Positions 1 to 10,038 of a DNA stretch of 64,000 bases are shown piece after piece (position 1 is the stretch's first letter; the number at the start of each line of letters is the position of its first letter). The notes below the pieces were generated by a model, which was not told the DNA's origin, did no database searches, and worked only from the letters and a program-made list of their open reading frames with translations. Location: contig DASYTI010000108.1 of assembly GCA_036002485.1 (NCBI GenBank), forward strand, positions 2,053 to 66,052. Direction: 5' to 3'. The position numbers and the translations under genes are program-made. The stretch comes from Candidatus Methylomirabilota bacterium. Lineage in GTDB: Bacteria > Methylomirabilota > Methylomirabilia > Rokubacteriales > CSP1-6.

Positions 1-1108
1 GCCGTCGCGCAGAAGGGTGACGAGCTGGACGACGAGGAACTCGAGGCGGTCCGGCGGATGTCCCAGCGCCTGCATGGCCGCCTTCATCCGTGGGATATGG
101 CCGTGGTGGTCGGGGCCGAGGAGATCGATGACGACGTCCGCCTGCCCAAACTTGATGAAGTGATGGAACCCGATATCCACCGCGAAATACGTCAACTCAC
201 CGTCAGACTTTCTCAGCACGCGGTCCTTGTCGTCTCCGAAAGAGGTCGAGCGGAACCAGAGGGCCCCGTCCTGCTCGTAGGTATGGCCGGCCGCCGTGAG
301 GGCCGCGATGGCCCGCTCGGGCAGCCCGGCATTCCGCACATCGCCCTGCTCATGCCTCCAGCTCTCGAAGCGGGTGCCATAGGATTCGAGCACCTGACGC
401 TGGCCCGCCACCATGCTGGCGACGGCCTGGCGCCCGAGGAGCTCGACACGCTCGGCCTCCGGCCGGTGCGCGACGGCACGCATCCCCGTGGCATCCGTGG
501 CGAGCCAGTCCTTGACGAGATCCACGAGGTATTCGCCCGGATAGGCGTTCTCCGGCAGCTCGACGGTCTCGCCGAGGGCCTGGCGGAGCCGCACGTCCAC
601 GGAGCGCGCCAGGGCCTCGAACTGATTGCCGGCGTCGTTGACATAGAACTGGCACTCGACGGCCATGCCCTGTGAGCGCAGGATCCGCGCGAGGGCATCG
701 CCCACCGCCGCCGCGCGGGCATTGACGATGACGAGCGGGCCCGTGGGATTGGCCGAGACGAACTCGAGGAGGCCGCGCCCGCTCGTGGCCGTCTGACTCG
801 TGCCGTACCCATCCGCGGCGGCGAGGATCTCCTTGAGGGCCTCGGCGCACCAGTCCGACGCGAGCGACACGTTCAGGAATCCCGGGCCCGCCGCCTCGAG
901 CTTGGAGACCATCGGGCTCACCGGGAAATTCTTTCTGATCGCCTCGGCGATCTCGCGCGGCGCCTTCCGGGCCGGGCGAGCCAGCGCCATGGCGACATTG
1001 GTGGCGTAGTCGCCGTGAGACTCCTCCCGCGGCACTTCCCAGATCATGTCGTCCGGCACGGGCAGCCCCGCTTTGACCAAGGCGTCTCTGAGCAGCTTCG
1101 ACAAGAGT
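1..1108 (-). CDS. argS: Arginyl-tRNA synthetase homologue, N-terminal 369 aa; gene continues past window start. The HIGH motif position reads PLVIVNAR instead of PLHVGHAR.
   Basis: Manual translation of the minus strand from ATG at 1108. It gives MQNSITELLSKLLRDALV...HGDYATNVAMALAR...AGPGFLNV...SANPTGPLVIVNARAAAVGD...YVNDAGNQFEAL...KSDGELTYFAVDIGFHHFIKFGQADVVIDLLGPDHHGHIPRMKAAMQALG, all typical ArgS blocks. It is absent from the ORF track because no stop lies within the window. Confidence 0.8.
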
Positions 1109-1227
1109 TCCGTGATTGAGTTCTGCATTCCCGGTCCGTTAAGATACGAATCGCCGCACGTGGCGGCGCCGATTCATCGTACAACGCGGGTCCAGCCGGG
1201 CGGCCAGAAATTAGAGGGCGAAAAACA

Positions 1228-2718
1228 TCAAGAGACTCCCGAGAGCCTCAATAGCTGGTAGACCGCGCCCATGTCGAGCGCTTTCCGCAGGGTCTCGGCC
1301 AGGCGATCATATCCGGCTTCCCGCCGCGACCGGTGATCACGTCCTGTCGTCGTCCCGCCCGGAATCGCTCCCGCCCACTCGAGAATGCTCCGGCGAGCGG
1401 CGCCCACCTCGAGAAGGCCGTGAAGATAGGTCCCGCGCACTCGCCCGTCACGCGACACGGCCCCCTCCGGCACCCCGCCCACGACGCAGAAGGGCGCGAC
1501 ATCACTCTCGATGCGCGTTGCGCCCGCGTGGATCTCATACGCCTCGAAGTCGGGTCCATCGGGCAGGAGCCTGGCCTTAACGCGCCGCGTGACCTTGAGA
1601 GGCTCGAGCGTCGTACTGAGCGGGAGCAGCGCGAGACCCGCCTCCGTGCCACCGCTCTCGACGCCGTGCGGATCCGCGACCATCCGCCCCAGCATCTGGT
1701 AGCCGCCGCATATGCCGAGCAGCGCTCCGCCGCCACGGATATGCGCGGTCAGCGCATCACCGAAGCCGCGCGACTTGAGCCATCGCAGATCCGCGATGGT
1801 GTCCTTCGAGCCCGGCAGGATGACGAGCGCTGCGTCGGAGATCTCGACGGGACTCCGTGCATAGACCACGCGCACGTCCGGCTCGGATTCCAGGGGGGCG
1901 AAGTCCGTGAAGTTGGCGATGTGCGGCAGCCTGACTATGGCCACGGTGGGGATCACTGCCGGCCCCACGGCCCGCGGAAGCGAGCGTCCCTCCAGGGCGA
2001 CGGAGTCCTCTTCCGGCAGGGCAAGGTCAGGGAGGTACGGGACTACGCCAAGGACGGGCCGGCGAGCTCGCCGCTCCAGGTCGCGCAGGGCGGGAGCCAG
2101 GAGCTTGGCATCGCCGCGGAACTTGTTGACGACGAAGCCCGCCACGCGCCGACGGTCGGGAGGCTTCAGGATGGCCATGGTCCCCACGAGGCTCGCGAAG
2201 GCCCCGCCCCGGTCGATATCGCCCACGAGAAGCACGGGCGCCTTCGCCATGGCCGCCACGCGCATATTGGCGAGGTCGCGACGCATGAGATTGGGCTCGG
2301 CGGGGCTTCCCGCGCCCTCGATGACGACGACGTCGGACTCGCGCGCGAGCGTCGCATAGCTCGAGCGGACGGCCGGCCAGAGCCGCCCCGCTTGACGGTA
2401 ATACTCCCGGGCGGGCATGTCTCTGAGCGCCTTCCCGAGCAGAACGACCTGGCTCGTCGCGTCCGCGCGAGGCTTGAGGAGAATGGGGTTCATCTCGACC
2501 CGCGCGGGCACCCGGGCCGCCTCGGCCTGCATGGCCTGCGCCCAGCCCATCTCGCCGCCATCCATCGTCACGTGGGCATTGAGCGACATGTTCTGCGACT
2601 TGAAGGGCGCAACGCGAAGGCCATCCTGGGCCAGGAGCCGGCACAGGCCGGCCGCGAGCACCGTCTTGCCCACATGCGAGCCCGTGCCCTGGAGCATGAT
2701 CGCCCGCGCGCGAGTCAT
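1228..2718 (-). CDS. cobQ: Cobyric acid synthase
   Basis: 496-aa ORF. The N-terminal MLQGTGSHVGKT P-loop and the C-terminal glutamine amidotransferase region (LLGICGGYQMLG) are typical of CobQ/CbiP. Confidence 0.9.
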   Translation of the reverse strand: MTRARAIMLQGTGSHVGKTVLAAGLCRLLAQDGLRVAPFKSQNMSLNAHVTMDGGEMGWAQAMQAEAARVPARVEMNPILLKPRADATSQVVLLGKALRDMPAREYYRQAGRLWPAVRSSYATLARESDVVVIEGAGSPAEPNLMRRDLANMRVAAMAKAPVLLVGDIDRGGAFASLVGTMAILKPPDRRRVAGFVVNKFRGDAKLLAPALRDLERRARRPVLGVVPYLPDLALPEEDSVALEGRSLPRAVGPAVIPTVAIVRLPHIANFTDFAPLESEPDVRVVYARSPVEISDAALVILPGSKDTIADLRWLKSRGFGDALTAHIRGGGALLGICGGYQMLGRMVADPHGVESGGTEAGLALLPLSTTLEPLKVTRRVKARLLPDGPDFEAYEIHAGATRIESDVAPFCVVGGVPEGAVSRDGRVRGTYLHGLLEVGAARRSILEWAGAIPGGTTTGRDHRSRREAGYDRLAETLRKALDMGAVYQLLRLSGVS

Positions 2719-2742
2719 CTTAGCCTTCTTGGGCTCGCCATC

Positions 2743-3681
2743 TCAGGATAGCCATCGCAGCATCAGGAGGCTCACGCACAGCCACACGCCCGCGGCGCCC
2801 GCGAAGACGCGCACCGCGCGGTCCATGGCCGCGACATCGGGAGGCGGGCCGTCGCCCAGCCGGTAGTGTCCGAGCTTCTCGAGGGTGACGCCGAGCGCGC
2901 CCGCCATGGCCGCTATGGTCTGCCCCGCATTGGGGCTCGCCGTGAGGCCACCATCTCGCCGCATCATTCTCCACGCTCCCCGCGCGGACTCGCGGCCGAG
3001 CCACGCCCCCGCGCAGAGGGCCAGCGCCCCCAGCCGCGCGGGAATCCAGTTGAGCATGTCGTCGAGGCGCGCGGAGGCGCCCCCCAGCTGCTCGAGCCGC
3101 CCTTCGCGATAGCCGATCATGGCATCAGCCGTGTTGACGGCGCGGTACAGCCACGCACCGGGCAGTCCCGCCACGAGATAGAAGCAGAGCGGCGCCGTCC
3201 AGCTATCGGTGAAATTCTCGGCCAGCGATTCGACGGCGGCGCCGGCCGTGGCGCCCGCATCAAGATCATCGGTCCGACGGCTGACCAGATGGACGCCGGC
3301 GGCGCCCCGGGCCGCGGCCAGCTCGCCCTCGGCGAGCGCGTCGCGCACCTGCCACACGGCGGCGACCAGACCGCGGATGGAGAAGGCGCATTTGAGCAGC
3401 CATGCCTGGGCGCCCAGGGCGAACGGCCACCACAGGAGATTCGTGAGCGCTTGGGCGAAGAGCGCTCCCATGATGGTCACGACGCTGACCGTGACGATGA
3501 GGAGGACGCCATAAAGGGCCAGGAAATCGCGCGGCAGGGGCTCGGCCCATGACCGTCCGAGCGAGATCAGCTTGCCTATCCACGAGACGGGATGGAGCCG
3601 GTTCGGCGGGTCGCCGAGCAGCAGATCAAAAGCCACCGCGAGCAGCAGGACGGCTATGGAATTGACGAACGGGAGACCCAT
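2743..3681 (-). CDS. cbiB: Adenosylcobinamide-phosphate synthase CbiB/CobD
   Basis: Multi-TM protein with a CbiB-like sequence (LHPVSWIGKLISLGR...). The raw ORF begins with TTG; the first ATG (M6) is at 3681. Confidence 0.85.
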   Translation of the reverse strand: MGLPFVNSIAVLLLAVAFDLLLGDPPNRLHPVSWIGKLISLGRSWAEPLPRDFLALYGVLLIVTVSVVTIMGALFAQALTNLLWWPFALGAQAWLLKCAFSIRGLVAAVWQVRDALAEGELAAARGAAGVHLVSRRTDDLDAGATAGAAVESLAENFTDSWTAPLCFYLVAGLPGAWLYRAVNTADAMIGYREGRLEQLGGASARLDDMLNWIPARLGALALCAGAWLGRESARGAWRMMRRDGGLTASPNAGQTIAAMAGALGVTLEKLGHYRLGDGPPPDVAAMDRAVRVFAGAAGVWLCVSLLMLRWLS

Positions 3682-3692
3682 GGCCGGGGCAT

Positions 3693-4511
3693 TCAACGGA
3701 GCTCGAAGATCACGGGCAGCCGGACGCGGAGAGGGCGTCTGGGAAGGTGCTCGGGCATTGGCACCGACGGCACCCGGCGAACGGCCTCGATCGCGGCCTC
3801 GTCGAGCAGCGCATGGGCCGATGAGGTGACCAGGCTCACGGCACGAACTCGCCCCGTGGCATCGAGCAGCACCTCGAGCTCGACGCGGCCGGAAAGCCCC
3901 TGACGTCTGGCCGCCAGCGGATAGACGACATACTCCTGGATGAGCTGGCGGAAGCGCGCGAGGTATGGCCCGAACTCGGCGGGCGGATCACCACGATCGG
4001 GCCCCGGCCCCGCCAGCGCGAGGGGTGAGCCGGTGGCGCCGCCGCCCGGCTGTCCTTGACGCCCCGGCGCGTTGCTCGTCGCCCCTCCGCTTGCCGTCAC
4101 GCTTGCGCCTGAGCTCGCGGGTCCGTCTGGGCTCACCCTCCCGGCGGGCGACGCGGGCGCCGCCGACTCGATGCTCGGCGCCTCCTGGGAGAGGGGCCGC
4201 GGCGGCTCGGGCATCGGTTGAAGCTCAGGCTCAGCCACGGCGGCGGGCGCCCGCGGCGGCGGGGGGGACGACGTCGCGCGCACGCGCGGACGCCGTGCGT
4301 GTTCCAAATCGGCGGGGAGCGCCGCGGGCGCGCGCGGCCGGTCACTGCCGGGCACGCCGTCGGACGACATGGCGTGCGCCGCGCCGCCGGTCAAGTCGAT
4401 GAAGAGAGGCTGCGGTTCTCTCAGGCCCGCGGCCAGCACGAGCACGGCGCCCACGGCGACGGCGTGAAGCGCTGCGGAGCTTGCCAGCGTGGCGAGCCGG
4501 CGCACATTCAC
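3693..4511 (-). CDS. tonB: Energy transducer TonB
   Basis: N-terminal TM helix, Pro-rich linker and a C-terminal TonB_C domain (YPLAARRQGLSGRVELEVLLDATGRV). GTG start; GTGA overlap with the upstream gene's stop. Confidence 0.85.
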   Translation of the reverse strand: MNVRRLATLASSAALHAVAVGAVLVLAAGLREPQPLFIDLTGGAAHAMSSDGVPGSDRPRAPAALPADLEHARRPRVRATSSPPPPRAPAAVAEPELQPMPEPPRPLSQEAPSIESAAPASPAGRVSPDGPASSGASVTASGGATSNAPGRQGQPGGGATGSPLALAGPGPDRGDPPAEFGPYLARFRQLIQEYVVYPLAARRQGLSGRVELEVLLDATGRVRAVSLVTSSAHALLDEAAIEAVRRVPSVPMPEHLPRRPLRVRLPVIFELR

Positions 4512-5161
4512 CGGTTGCGCTCCTGCCAGCCGCGAATCCCCGCCGTCAACGCCTTGTACGCGGCCTGGGCTATGCTCCAGCCGAGCTCGGAGGCCGGCCC
4601 ACCGAACCGGATGCTAGGGCCCCGTCCCGTGGCCGCGATGACGACGGCGTCGGTCGAGGTACCCGTGGCGAGCCGGCCCGCGGCGTCCCGCAGACCCGCC
4701 TCGTGGAGCGCCAAGGTCTTGACCTCGGTCGCCGTCATCACGGCGTTGACGAGGGCGGGCGGATCGGGATTGCCGTCCACCACGACGATGGTGTTGATGG
4801 TGCCCGGGGCCCAGACCTGGATGGGCTCGTGTCCGGCCGCCATGCGGTTGCTCAGGCCGACCGTGGACACGGCAAGGGTGGCGATTCTGGCCCCGCTCTC
4901 CTCTCCCGTCGTGGCGAGCTCGGTCCACGCTCCCGTCAAGAGCCCGACATAGGGCTCGGGCACGGAGGCCCCTCGGGCAAAGGCCTCCAGCATCGCGGCG
5001 GGGTCGACGCAGAGATCGTGCTTGGTGACGTGAAGGTTGATGATGGCCCGGGCGCTCTGGAGGCCGCCACCGTGCACGGCCGACGAGAGCGCGAGCAGCG
5101 GGCGCTGGCTCGTCACCACCACGGCCACGCGGTCCATCCGAACGTCCAGGCCGTCTATCAT
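4508..5161 (-). CDS. cbiZ: Adenosylcobinamide amidohydrolase CbiZ-like protein (corrinoid remodelling); assignment tentative
   Basis: ~217 aa with an LSSAVHGGG...NLHVT N-terminus and a TGTSTD motif, reminiscent of CbiZ. Context is btuB/btuFCD. The raw ORF start at 5239 overlaps btuB; the internal ATG at 5161 is used. Confidence 0.5.
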   Translation of the reverse strand: MIDGLDVRMDRVAVVVTSQRPLLALSSAVHGGGLQSARAIINLHVTKHDLCVDPAAMLEAFARGASVPEPYVGLLTGAWTELATTGEESGARIATLAVSTVGLSNRMAAGHEPIQVWAPGTINTIVVVDGNPDPPALVNAVMTATEVKTLALHEAGLRDAAGRLATGTSTDAVVIAATGRGPSIRFGGPASELGWSIAQAAYKALTAGIRGWQERNR

Positions 5162-5171
5162 GGGCGCCGAC

Positions 5172-7106
5172 TCAAAAGCTGACCCGGAGGCCGGCGAGGA
5201 AATTGGTCCCGAGCGCGGGAAAGCCGCGAACCTCCGCATAGCCTTCGTTCAGGAGGTTCTGGACCCGCAGGATGAGATCCAGGCCCTGCACCCAGTTGTA
5301 CTTCTCCAGCACGCGATAGGTCCCCCCCACGTCCACGCGCGTATAGCCGCTATTGTAGACCTCGCCGAAGGTCTCCCACTGCTGCGTGACGATGTAGACC
5401 TGGGTGAACAGGGAGAGGCGCCGGATGGGCTCCCAGGCGACGCCGATGTTCCACCGGTGCTGCGGCTCGCGGGGCAGCCACCGCCCGGTCTGAAGGTTCT
5501 TGGTGTCCGTGAACGTGTAGTTGATGGACCCCACCAGGTTGGGCAGGATGTCCACCTCGCTCGTGAACTCCACCCCCTCCGAGCGCGCTGCCCCCACGTT
5601 CACGGGGCCGCCGAAGGGCGCGGTGGGAATGGACACGCAGCAGGTGATCAGGTTCGTGAAGTCGTTGTGGAAGTAGGTCAGCCCGAGCCGGATCCGCCCC
5701 TGCCAGAGCGTCTGGTCCACCCCGGCGTCCCACGACATGCTGCGCTCCGGCTGGAGAGTGGGGTTGCCGAAGTCGGGAAAGAAGAGGTCGTTGAAGGTCG
5801 GCGCCCGGAAGCCCGTGCCCGCGCTCCCGCGAATGCGCGTGCCCGTCTCCTTGATCAGGAATGCGAGAGTGCCCCGCTTGGTCAGCGAGCTGCCGAAGAC
5901 GCTGTCGTCCTCGTGCCGGAAGCCGCCTGTCACGAAGAGCCGGTCGAAGAAGCGAAGCTGCTGCTCGAAGAAGAAGGACGGCACGTGCCGGCCCGCCCGG
6001 AAGACGCCCTTGTTCTCGCCGTCCTCGTGGCGGTACCCGATTCCCCCTGTGCTCGTGCTCCAGGGGAACACGTGGATGGAGTTGAGCCACTCGACCTCGC
6101 GCCGCTCGACATTGATCTGGGCAAAGATCGGAAAATCGAAGGTCACCCCGGGGTCCACCGGATCCTGGAAGCCGACATTGTTCTGGTAGCGCGAGAGGCG
6201 CGCCGTGCTTTCCCACCAGGTCACCGGCCGCGTCTTGGCCTCGAGCAGCATGATGGTCGTCTCGCTCTGCTGCTTGGCGTTGGGGTTGATGACGGGATCG
6301 ATCGGTTGAGGCCCCGGGAAGACACCCTTGACGGGCACGCCCGTGTCGCTCTTGTTGTAGCGGATGACGAAGGAGAGCGAGGAGTCGAAGGGCAGGGAGA
6401 CGCCCACGCGCCCGTTGAGGGCATTGATGTTCGAGCCGTCGTTCTGGAACTGGCCATTGCTCTCGAGGTGCGAGGCGGAGAACGAGTAGTCGAAGATCTT
6501 CCAGGTGCCGCTCGCCTGCACGCGGGACTGGAGCGTGTCGTAATTGCCCGCCTCCCCTTGCACGGAGGCCTGGAAGGGCCCCTGGCCCTTCTTGGTAATG
6601 ATGTTGACCACGCCGCCCATGGCATCGGCCCCGTAGAGGGTGGATTGCGACCCCCGGATGATCTCGATCCGGTCTATCAGGTCCGGCGAGAGGTCGGAGA
6701 GATCCACCTGGCCCAGAGTCGGGCTCTTCACGCGGACTCCGTCCACCAGCACCTGGACCTGGTTGGAATTGGCCCCGCGGATCGAGATGCTCGACGTCTT
6801 GCCGAGCGAGCCCGAGCGGCGGATGTCCACCCCGGGCACGTTCCGCATGGCCTCGTCCACCGTCGCGTAGTGATAGGTCTTGAAGTCGTTCTCCGTGATC
6901 ACGCTGAGGGCCACCCCGAGCTGCGTGGCGGGTGTCGCCACCGTGGTCGCCGTCACCACCACCGGGTCCACCGTTTTCGTCTCCGTCTTTCTCTCCTCCA
7001 GCTTCGCTGCTTCAGGTTTCACTTCTGCCGGTTTCACTTCTTGGGCGGCGACCGGTAGCGCCGCCAGAAGCCACGTCAGCACCAGGACCTTGCTCGCGAT
7101 TCGCAT
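5172..7106 (-). CDS. btuB: TonB-dependent outer-membrane corrinoid receptor
   Basis: Signal peptide, TonB box (DPVVVTATT), plug and beta-barrel motifs, terminal aromatic residue (GLRVSF). A cobalamin riboswitch lies immediately upstream. Confidence 0.85.
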   Translation of the reverse strand: MRIASKVLVLTWLLAALPVAAQEVKPAEVKPEAAKLEERKTETKTVDPVVVTATTVATPATQLGVALSVITENDFKTYHYATVDEAMRNVPGVDIRRSGSLGKTSSISIRGANSNQVQVLVDGVRVKSPTLGQVDLSDLSPDLIDRIEIIRGSQSTLYGADAMGGVVNIITKKGQGPFQASVQGEAGNYDTLQSRVQASGTWKIFDYSFSASHLESNGQFQNDGSNINALNGRVGVSLPFDSSLSFVIRYNKSDTGVPVKGVFPGPQPIDPVINPNAKQQSETTIMLLEAKTRPVTWWESTARLSRYQNNVGFQDPVDPGVTFDFPIFAQINVERREVEWLNSIHVFPWSTSTGGIGYRHEDGENKGVFRAGRHVPSFFFEQQLRFFDRLFVTGGFRHEDDSVFGSSLTKRGTLAFLIKETGTRIRGSAGTGFRAPTFNDLFFPDFGNPTLQPERSMSWDAGVDQTLWQGRIRLGLTYFHNDFTNLITCCVSIPTAPFGGPVNVGAARSEGVEFTSEVDILPNLVGSINYTFTDTKNLQTGRWLPREPQHRWNIGVAWEPIRRLSLFTQVYIVTQQWETFGEVYNSGYTRVDVGGTYRVLEKYNWVQGLDLILRVQNLLNEGYAEVRGFPALGTNFLAGLRVSF

Positions 7107-7117
7107 GACCGTTCCTT

Positions 7118-7305
7118 TTCTCTCGAAAGGATGTCTGTCGTGCTGTCGCGGCCAGGTTTCCTGACTCGTGGCTCATCGCCGTCGCCCAGCCTTCCCGGGA
7201 CATTTCCCAGTGGCTTCCATACCGGCCGGGGCTTGGCTCCCCACTCACAGTGGCGGGACCGTGCCGGCTTCTCACCGGCTTCCCTGTGACCGCGACGCCT
7301 CACTT
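7118..7305 (-). ncRNA. Cobalamin (AdoCbl) riboswitch upstream of btuB
   Basis: Minus-strand leader contains ...GGUGAGAAGCCGGCACGGUCCCGCCACUGUGA... and a B12 box AGUCAGGAAACCUGGCC (plus 7130-7146) about 24 nt before the btuB ATG, with an AAGGAA RBS. Confidence 0.8.
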
Positions 7306-7322
7306 CGCCTTGCTTCCGGCTC

Positions 7323-8132
7323 TCACCTCCCGTCCGGCCAGAGCACGCTGACCGTGGGCCGGCGGGTGGTGGGATGCTTGTCCACCACGACGCGACAGCC
7401 GTACACGCGCTCCAGCGTCGACTCCTGCAGCACCTCCTCCGGCGCTCCCATGGTGACGGCGGCGCCCGACGACATGAGGAGCAGGCGGTCCGAGAGCTCG
7501 GCCGCCATGTTGAGGTCATGGGAGACGAGGAGAATGCCGAGCCCTTGCTCACGATGGAGCCGCCGCAGGAGGGCCACGCACTCGGCCTGGTAGCGGAGAT
7601 CGAGGTGCGCGGTCGGCTCGTCGAGCACGAGGAGGCGCGGCTCCTGAGCGAGGGCGCGGGCCAGCACCACCCGCTGGCGCTCGCCCCCCGAGAGGCGGTC
7701 CAGCGTCTCCCCGGCGAGGGCGTGCACGCCCGTGAGCTCCATGGCTTCCCGCGCGATCCGGACGTCGGCCGGGCTCTCGAAAAAGCGGCCCGGAGCATGG
7801 GCGAAGCGTCCCATCAGCACCAGCTCCTGAGCAGTGAACGGGAAGCCCTGCGCCACGTCCTGGGGCACCACGGCGACCCGGCGCGCCACCTCGGCGCGGC
7901 CGAGAGACCGCAGGGCCTCGCCCTGGACATAGATCGCTCCGCGGGAAGGGGCGAGGACCTTGGAGAGGAGACGGATCACCGTCGTCTTGCCCGCGGCATT
8001 CGGTCCGATGAGCCCGAGCACCTCGCCGGGCGCCACGGCGAAGGACAGCTCCCGGATCTCGAAGCGACCGTGCCCCGGGGCGGCGGTCGGGTAGGTGAAG
8101 CCTACCCGGTCGAACTGGACGAGCGGCGTCAT
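7323..8132 (-). CDS. btuD: Corrinoid/iron-siderophore ABC transporter ATP-binding protein
   Basis: Walker A (GPNAAGKTT), ABC signature (LSGGERQR), Walker B (LLVLDEP). Confidence 0.85.
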   Translation of the reverse strand: MTPLVQFDRVGFTYPTAAPGHGRFEIRELSFAVAPGEVLGLIGPNAAGKTTVIRLLSKVLAPSRGAIYVQGEALRSLGRAEVARRVAVVPQDVAQGFPFTAQELVLMGRFAHAPGRFFESPADVRIAREAMELTGVHALAGETLDRLSGGERQRVVLARALAQEPRLLVLDEPTAHLDLRYQAECVALLRRLHREQGLGILLVSHDLNMAAELSDRLLLMSSGAAVTMGAPEEVLQESTLERVYGCRVVVDKHPTTRRPTVSVLWPDGR

Positions 8133-9148
8133 GGCATGATCCGTCCGACGCGTGAGCGCAGGAGATAGATGAAAAACGGCGCGCCGCAGAAGGACGTGAT
8201 GACTCCCACCGAGAGCTCGGCCGGCGCCACCACCGTCCGCGCCAGTGTATCGGCGCTCAGGAGAAACACCCCGCCGCCCAGGGCGGCCGCGGGAATGAGC
8301 ACGCGATGGTCGGAGCCGACGAGCATGCGCATGGCGTGGGGAACGATGAGCCCCACGAAGCCGATGGGCCCGACGAAGGCGACCACGACGCCCGTCAGGA
8401 GGGCCGCCCCCGCGAAGATCCGGCGCTTGAGCCGCTCGGCGTCGACCCCGAGCTCCTGGGCGCCCTCCTCGCCGAGGGCGAGGAGATTCAACGCGCGCGC
8501 CCGGCCGAGGACGAGCCAGAAGCCCAGAGCGACCGTTGCCCCGAAGACCCCGAGCGCGCCCGCGGGGATGGGCGCGAGATTTCCGAGCAGCCAGTGGATG
8601 ACGCCGCCCAGGCGGTTGGTGTCGACCAGCGAGATCACCACGGTGATGGCCGCCGAGAAAAAGATGCCGACGATGACCCCCGCCAGCAGCAGGGTGTGCA
8701 CGGGCAATCCGCCACCCGTGGAGGCGATCAGGTACACGGCGCTGCCCGCCACCACGGCTCCGGCAAAGGCGAAGGCCGTGAGCCCGAGCGCCTCGACGAC
8801 ACCCTGACCGAGCCCGGAAATCTGCGCGAGGACGACCCCGAATGCCGCGCCGGCCGAGACGCCGAGGATCGACGGCTCGGCGAGCGGGTTTCGCGTGAGG
8901 GCCTGAAAGCCGGCGCCCGCCACGGCCAGTGCCCCTCCGGCCAGCGCGGCGGCCGCGATACGCGGCAGGCGGATCCCGAGGATGACCACTCGCTCCGCGC
9001 CCTCCAGGGGCCCGCGTCCCGTCACGAGATCGACGATGACGCCGGGCCCGATGCGCGCACTACCCACGAGCAGCGAACCCACGGCCACCACGCCCAGGAG
9101 GAGCGCGAGCCCTCCACATACCGCGGCCAGCCTCGCCGGCCCCGTCAT
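8129..9148 (-). CDS. btuC: FecCD-family ABC permease (corrinoid import)
   Basis: 339-aa polytopic membrane protein with FecCD-type sequence. Overlaps btuD and btuF by 4 nt. Confidence 0.85.
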   Translation of the reverse strand: MTGPARLAAVCGGLALLLGVVAVGSLLVGSARIGPGVIVDLVTGRGPLEGAERVVILGIRLPRIAAAALAGGALAVAGAGFQALTRNPLAEPSILGVSAGAAFGVVLAQISGLGQGVVEALGLTAFAFAGAVVAGSAVYLIASTGGGLPVHTLLLAGVIVGIFFSAAITVVISLVDTNRLGGVIHWLLGNLAPIPAGALGVFGATVALGFWLVLGRARALNLLALGEEGAQELGVDAERLKRRIFAGAALLTGVVVAFVGPIGFVGLIVPHAMRMLVGSDHRVLIPAAALGGGVFLLSADTLARTVVAPAELSVGVITSFCGAPFFIYLLRSRVGRIMP

Positions 9149-10038
9149 TTGCCGGAGGCCTCAGGCCGGAAGAGCTCAGGATGGATGAGCCTGGCCAGCG
9201 TCTCTATGCCGTCGACGAGGCGGGGGCCGTAGCGGTGCATGACACTGCCATCGGCCGTGTAGAGGCGCTTGCTCTTGACGGCGGGAAGGCTCTCCAGGCG
9301 CTCCCACTTGTCCCGCCCCACCGGCGTGCCGCCGCTGTGACTGGCGAGAACGATCACCTCGGGCGCGCGCCCGACCGCCGCTTCGAGGCTCATGCGCGGG
9401 TATCCCGCCCCCTGGTCGGCCGTCACCGACTCTCCGCCGGCCAGGGTGATGAGCTCGGAGACCAGGGCGCCCCGGCCCGGCACGATGAGCGGGTCGGGCC
9501 ACAGGACATAGAGCACGCGGGGGCGCGGCCGGCCCGCGATGCGCTCGCCGACTGACTTGATTCGCCGCTCGAGGTCCGCGGTAACGGCGGAGGCCCCGTC
9601 CCGGTGCCCCGTGAGCTCGCCGAGCCCACCCACGAGCCGCAACACGTCTCCGACCGAGGACGGATCCACGAGATAGATGGGCAGGCCGAGCCGCTTGAGC
9701 TGATCGAAGGTCTCGGCGCGATTGCCCGACCGTGTCGCCACCACCAGATCGGGCTTGAGGGTGACCAGGGTTTCGAGGCTCGGGCTGATCATGCCGCCCA
9801 CGCTCGGCTTGCGCTTGGCCTCGGCCGGGAAGTCGCAGAAGTCGGTGACGCCCGCGAGCGTCTCCTGGGCGCCGATGGCGAAGAGGATCTCGGTCACGCT
9901 CGGAACGAGAGACACGATGCGGCGCGGCGGCGCGGGCAGGGTCAGCACGCGCCCGGTCTGGTCCACGACTTCCAATCCCCATCCCGACCCCGGCACGAGC
10001 AGCAGGCAGAGCGCGAGCGCGCGAAGACTCGTCGTCAT
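9145..10038 (-). CDS. btuF: Periplasmic corrinoid-binding protein (cluster A-II SBP)
   Basis: Signal peptide plus PBP fold (IVSLVPSVTEILFAIGA...). ATG at 10038 makes an ATGA overlap with the cbiA stop. Confidence 0.8.
   Translation of the reverse strand: MTTSLRALALCLLLVPGSGWGLEVVDQTGRVLTLPAPPRRIVSLVPSVTEILFAIGAQETLAGVTDFCDFPAEAKRKPSVGGMISPSLETLVTLKPDLVVATRSGNRAETFDQLKRLGLPIYLVDPSSVGDVLRLVGGLGELTGHRDGASAVTADLERRIKSVGERIAGRPRPRVLYVLWPDPLIVPGRGALVSELITLAGGESVTADQGAGYPRMSLEAAVGRAPEVIVLASHSGGTPVGRDKWERLESLPAVKSKRLYTADGSVMHRYGPRLVDGIETLARLIHPELFRPEASGK

Noticed and set aside
58-850. Three overlapping raw ORFs (58-675 +, 213-812 -, 350-850 -) at the window start.
   Set aside because: None has a recognisable fold. 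The same DNA encodes a clear ArgS N-terminal region in the third minus frame, which the ORF track misses only because it lacks an in-window stop.
5037-7058. 673-aa plus-strand ORF antisense to the TonB-dependent receptor. Similar long antisense ORFs occur at 20004-21746, 24225-26591, 31394-33406, 34893-36914 and 45028-46725.
   Set aside because: Their composition is Arg/Gly/Pro/His-rich low-complexity. They lie opposite well-supported genes with clear family signatures and are typical high-GC stop-codon-poor shadow frames.
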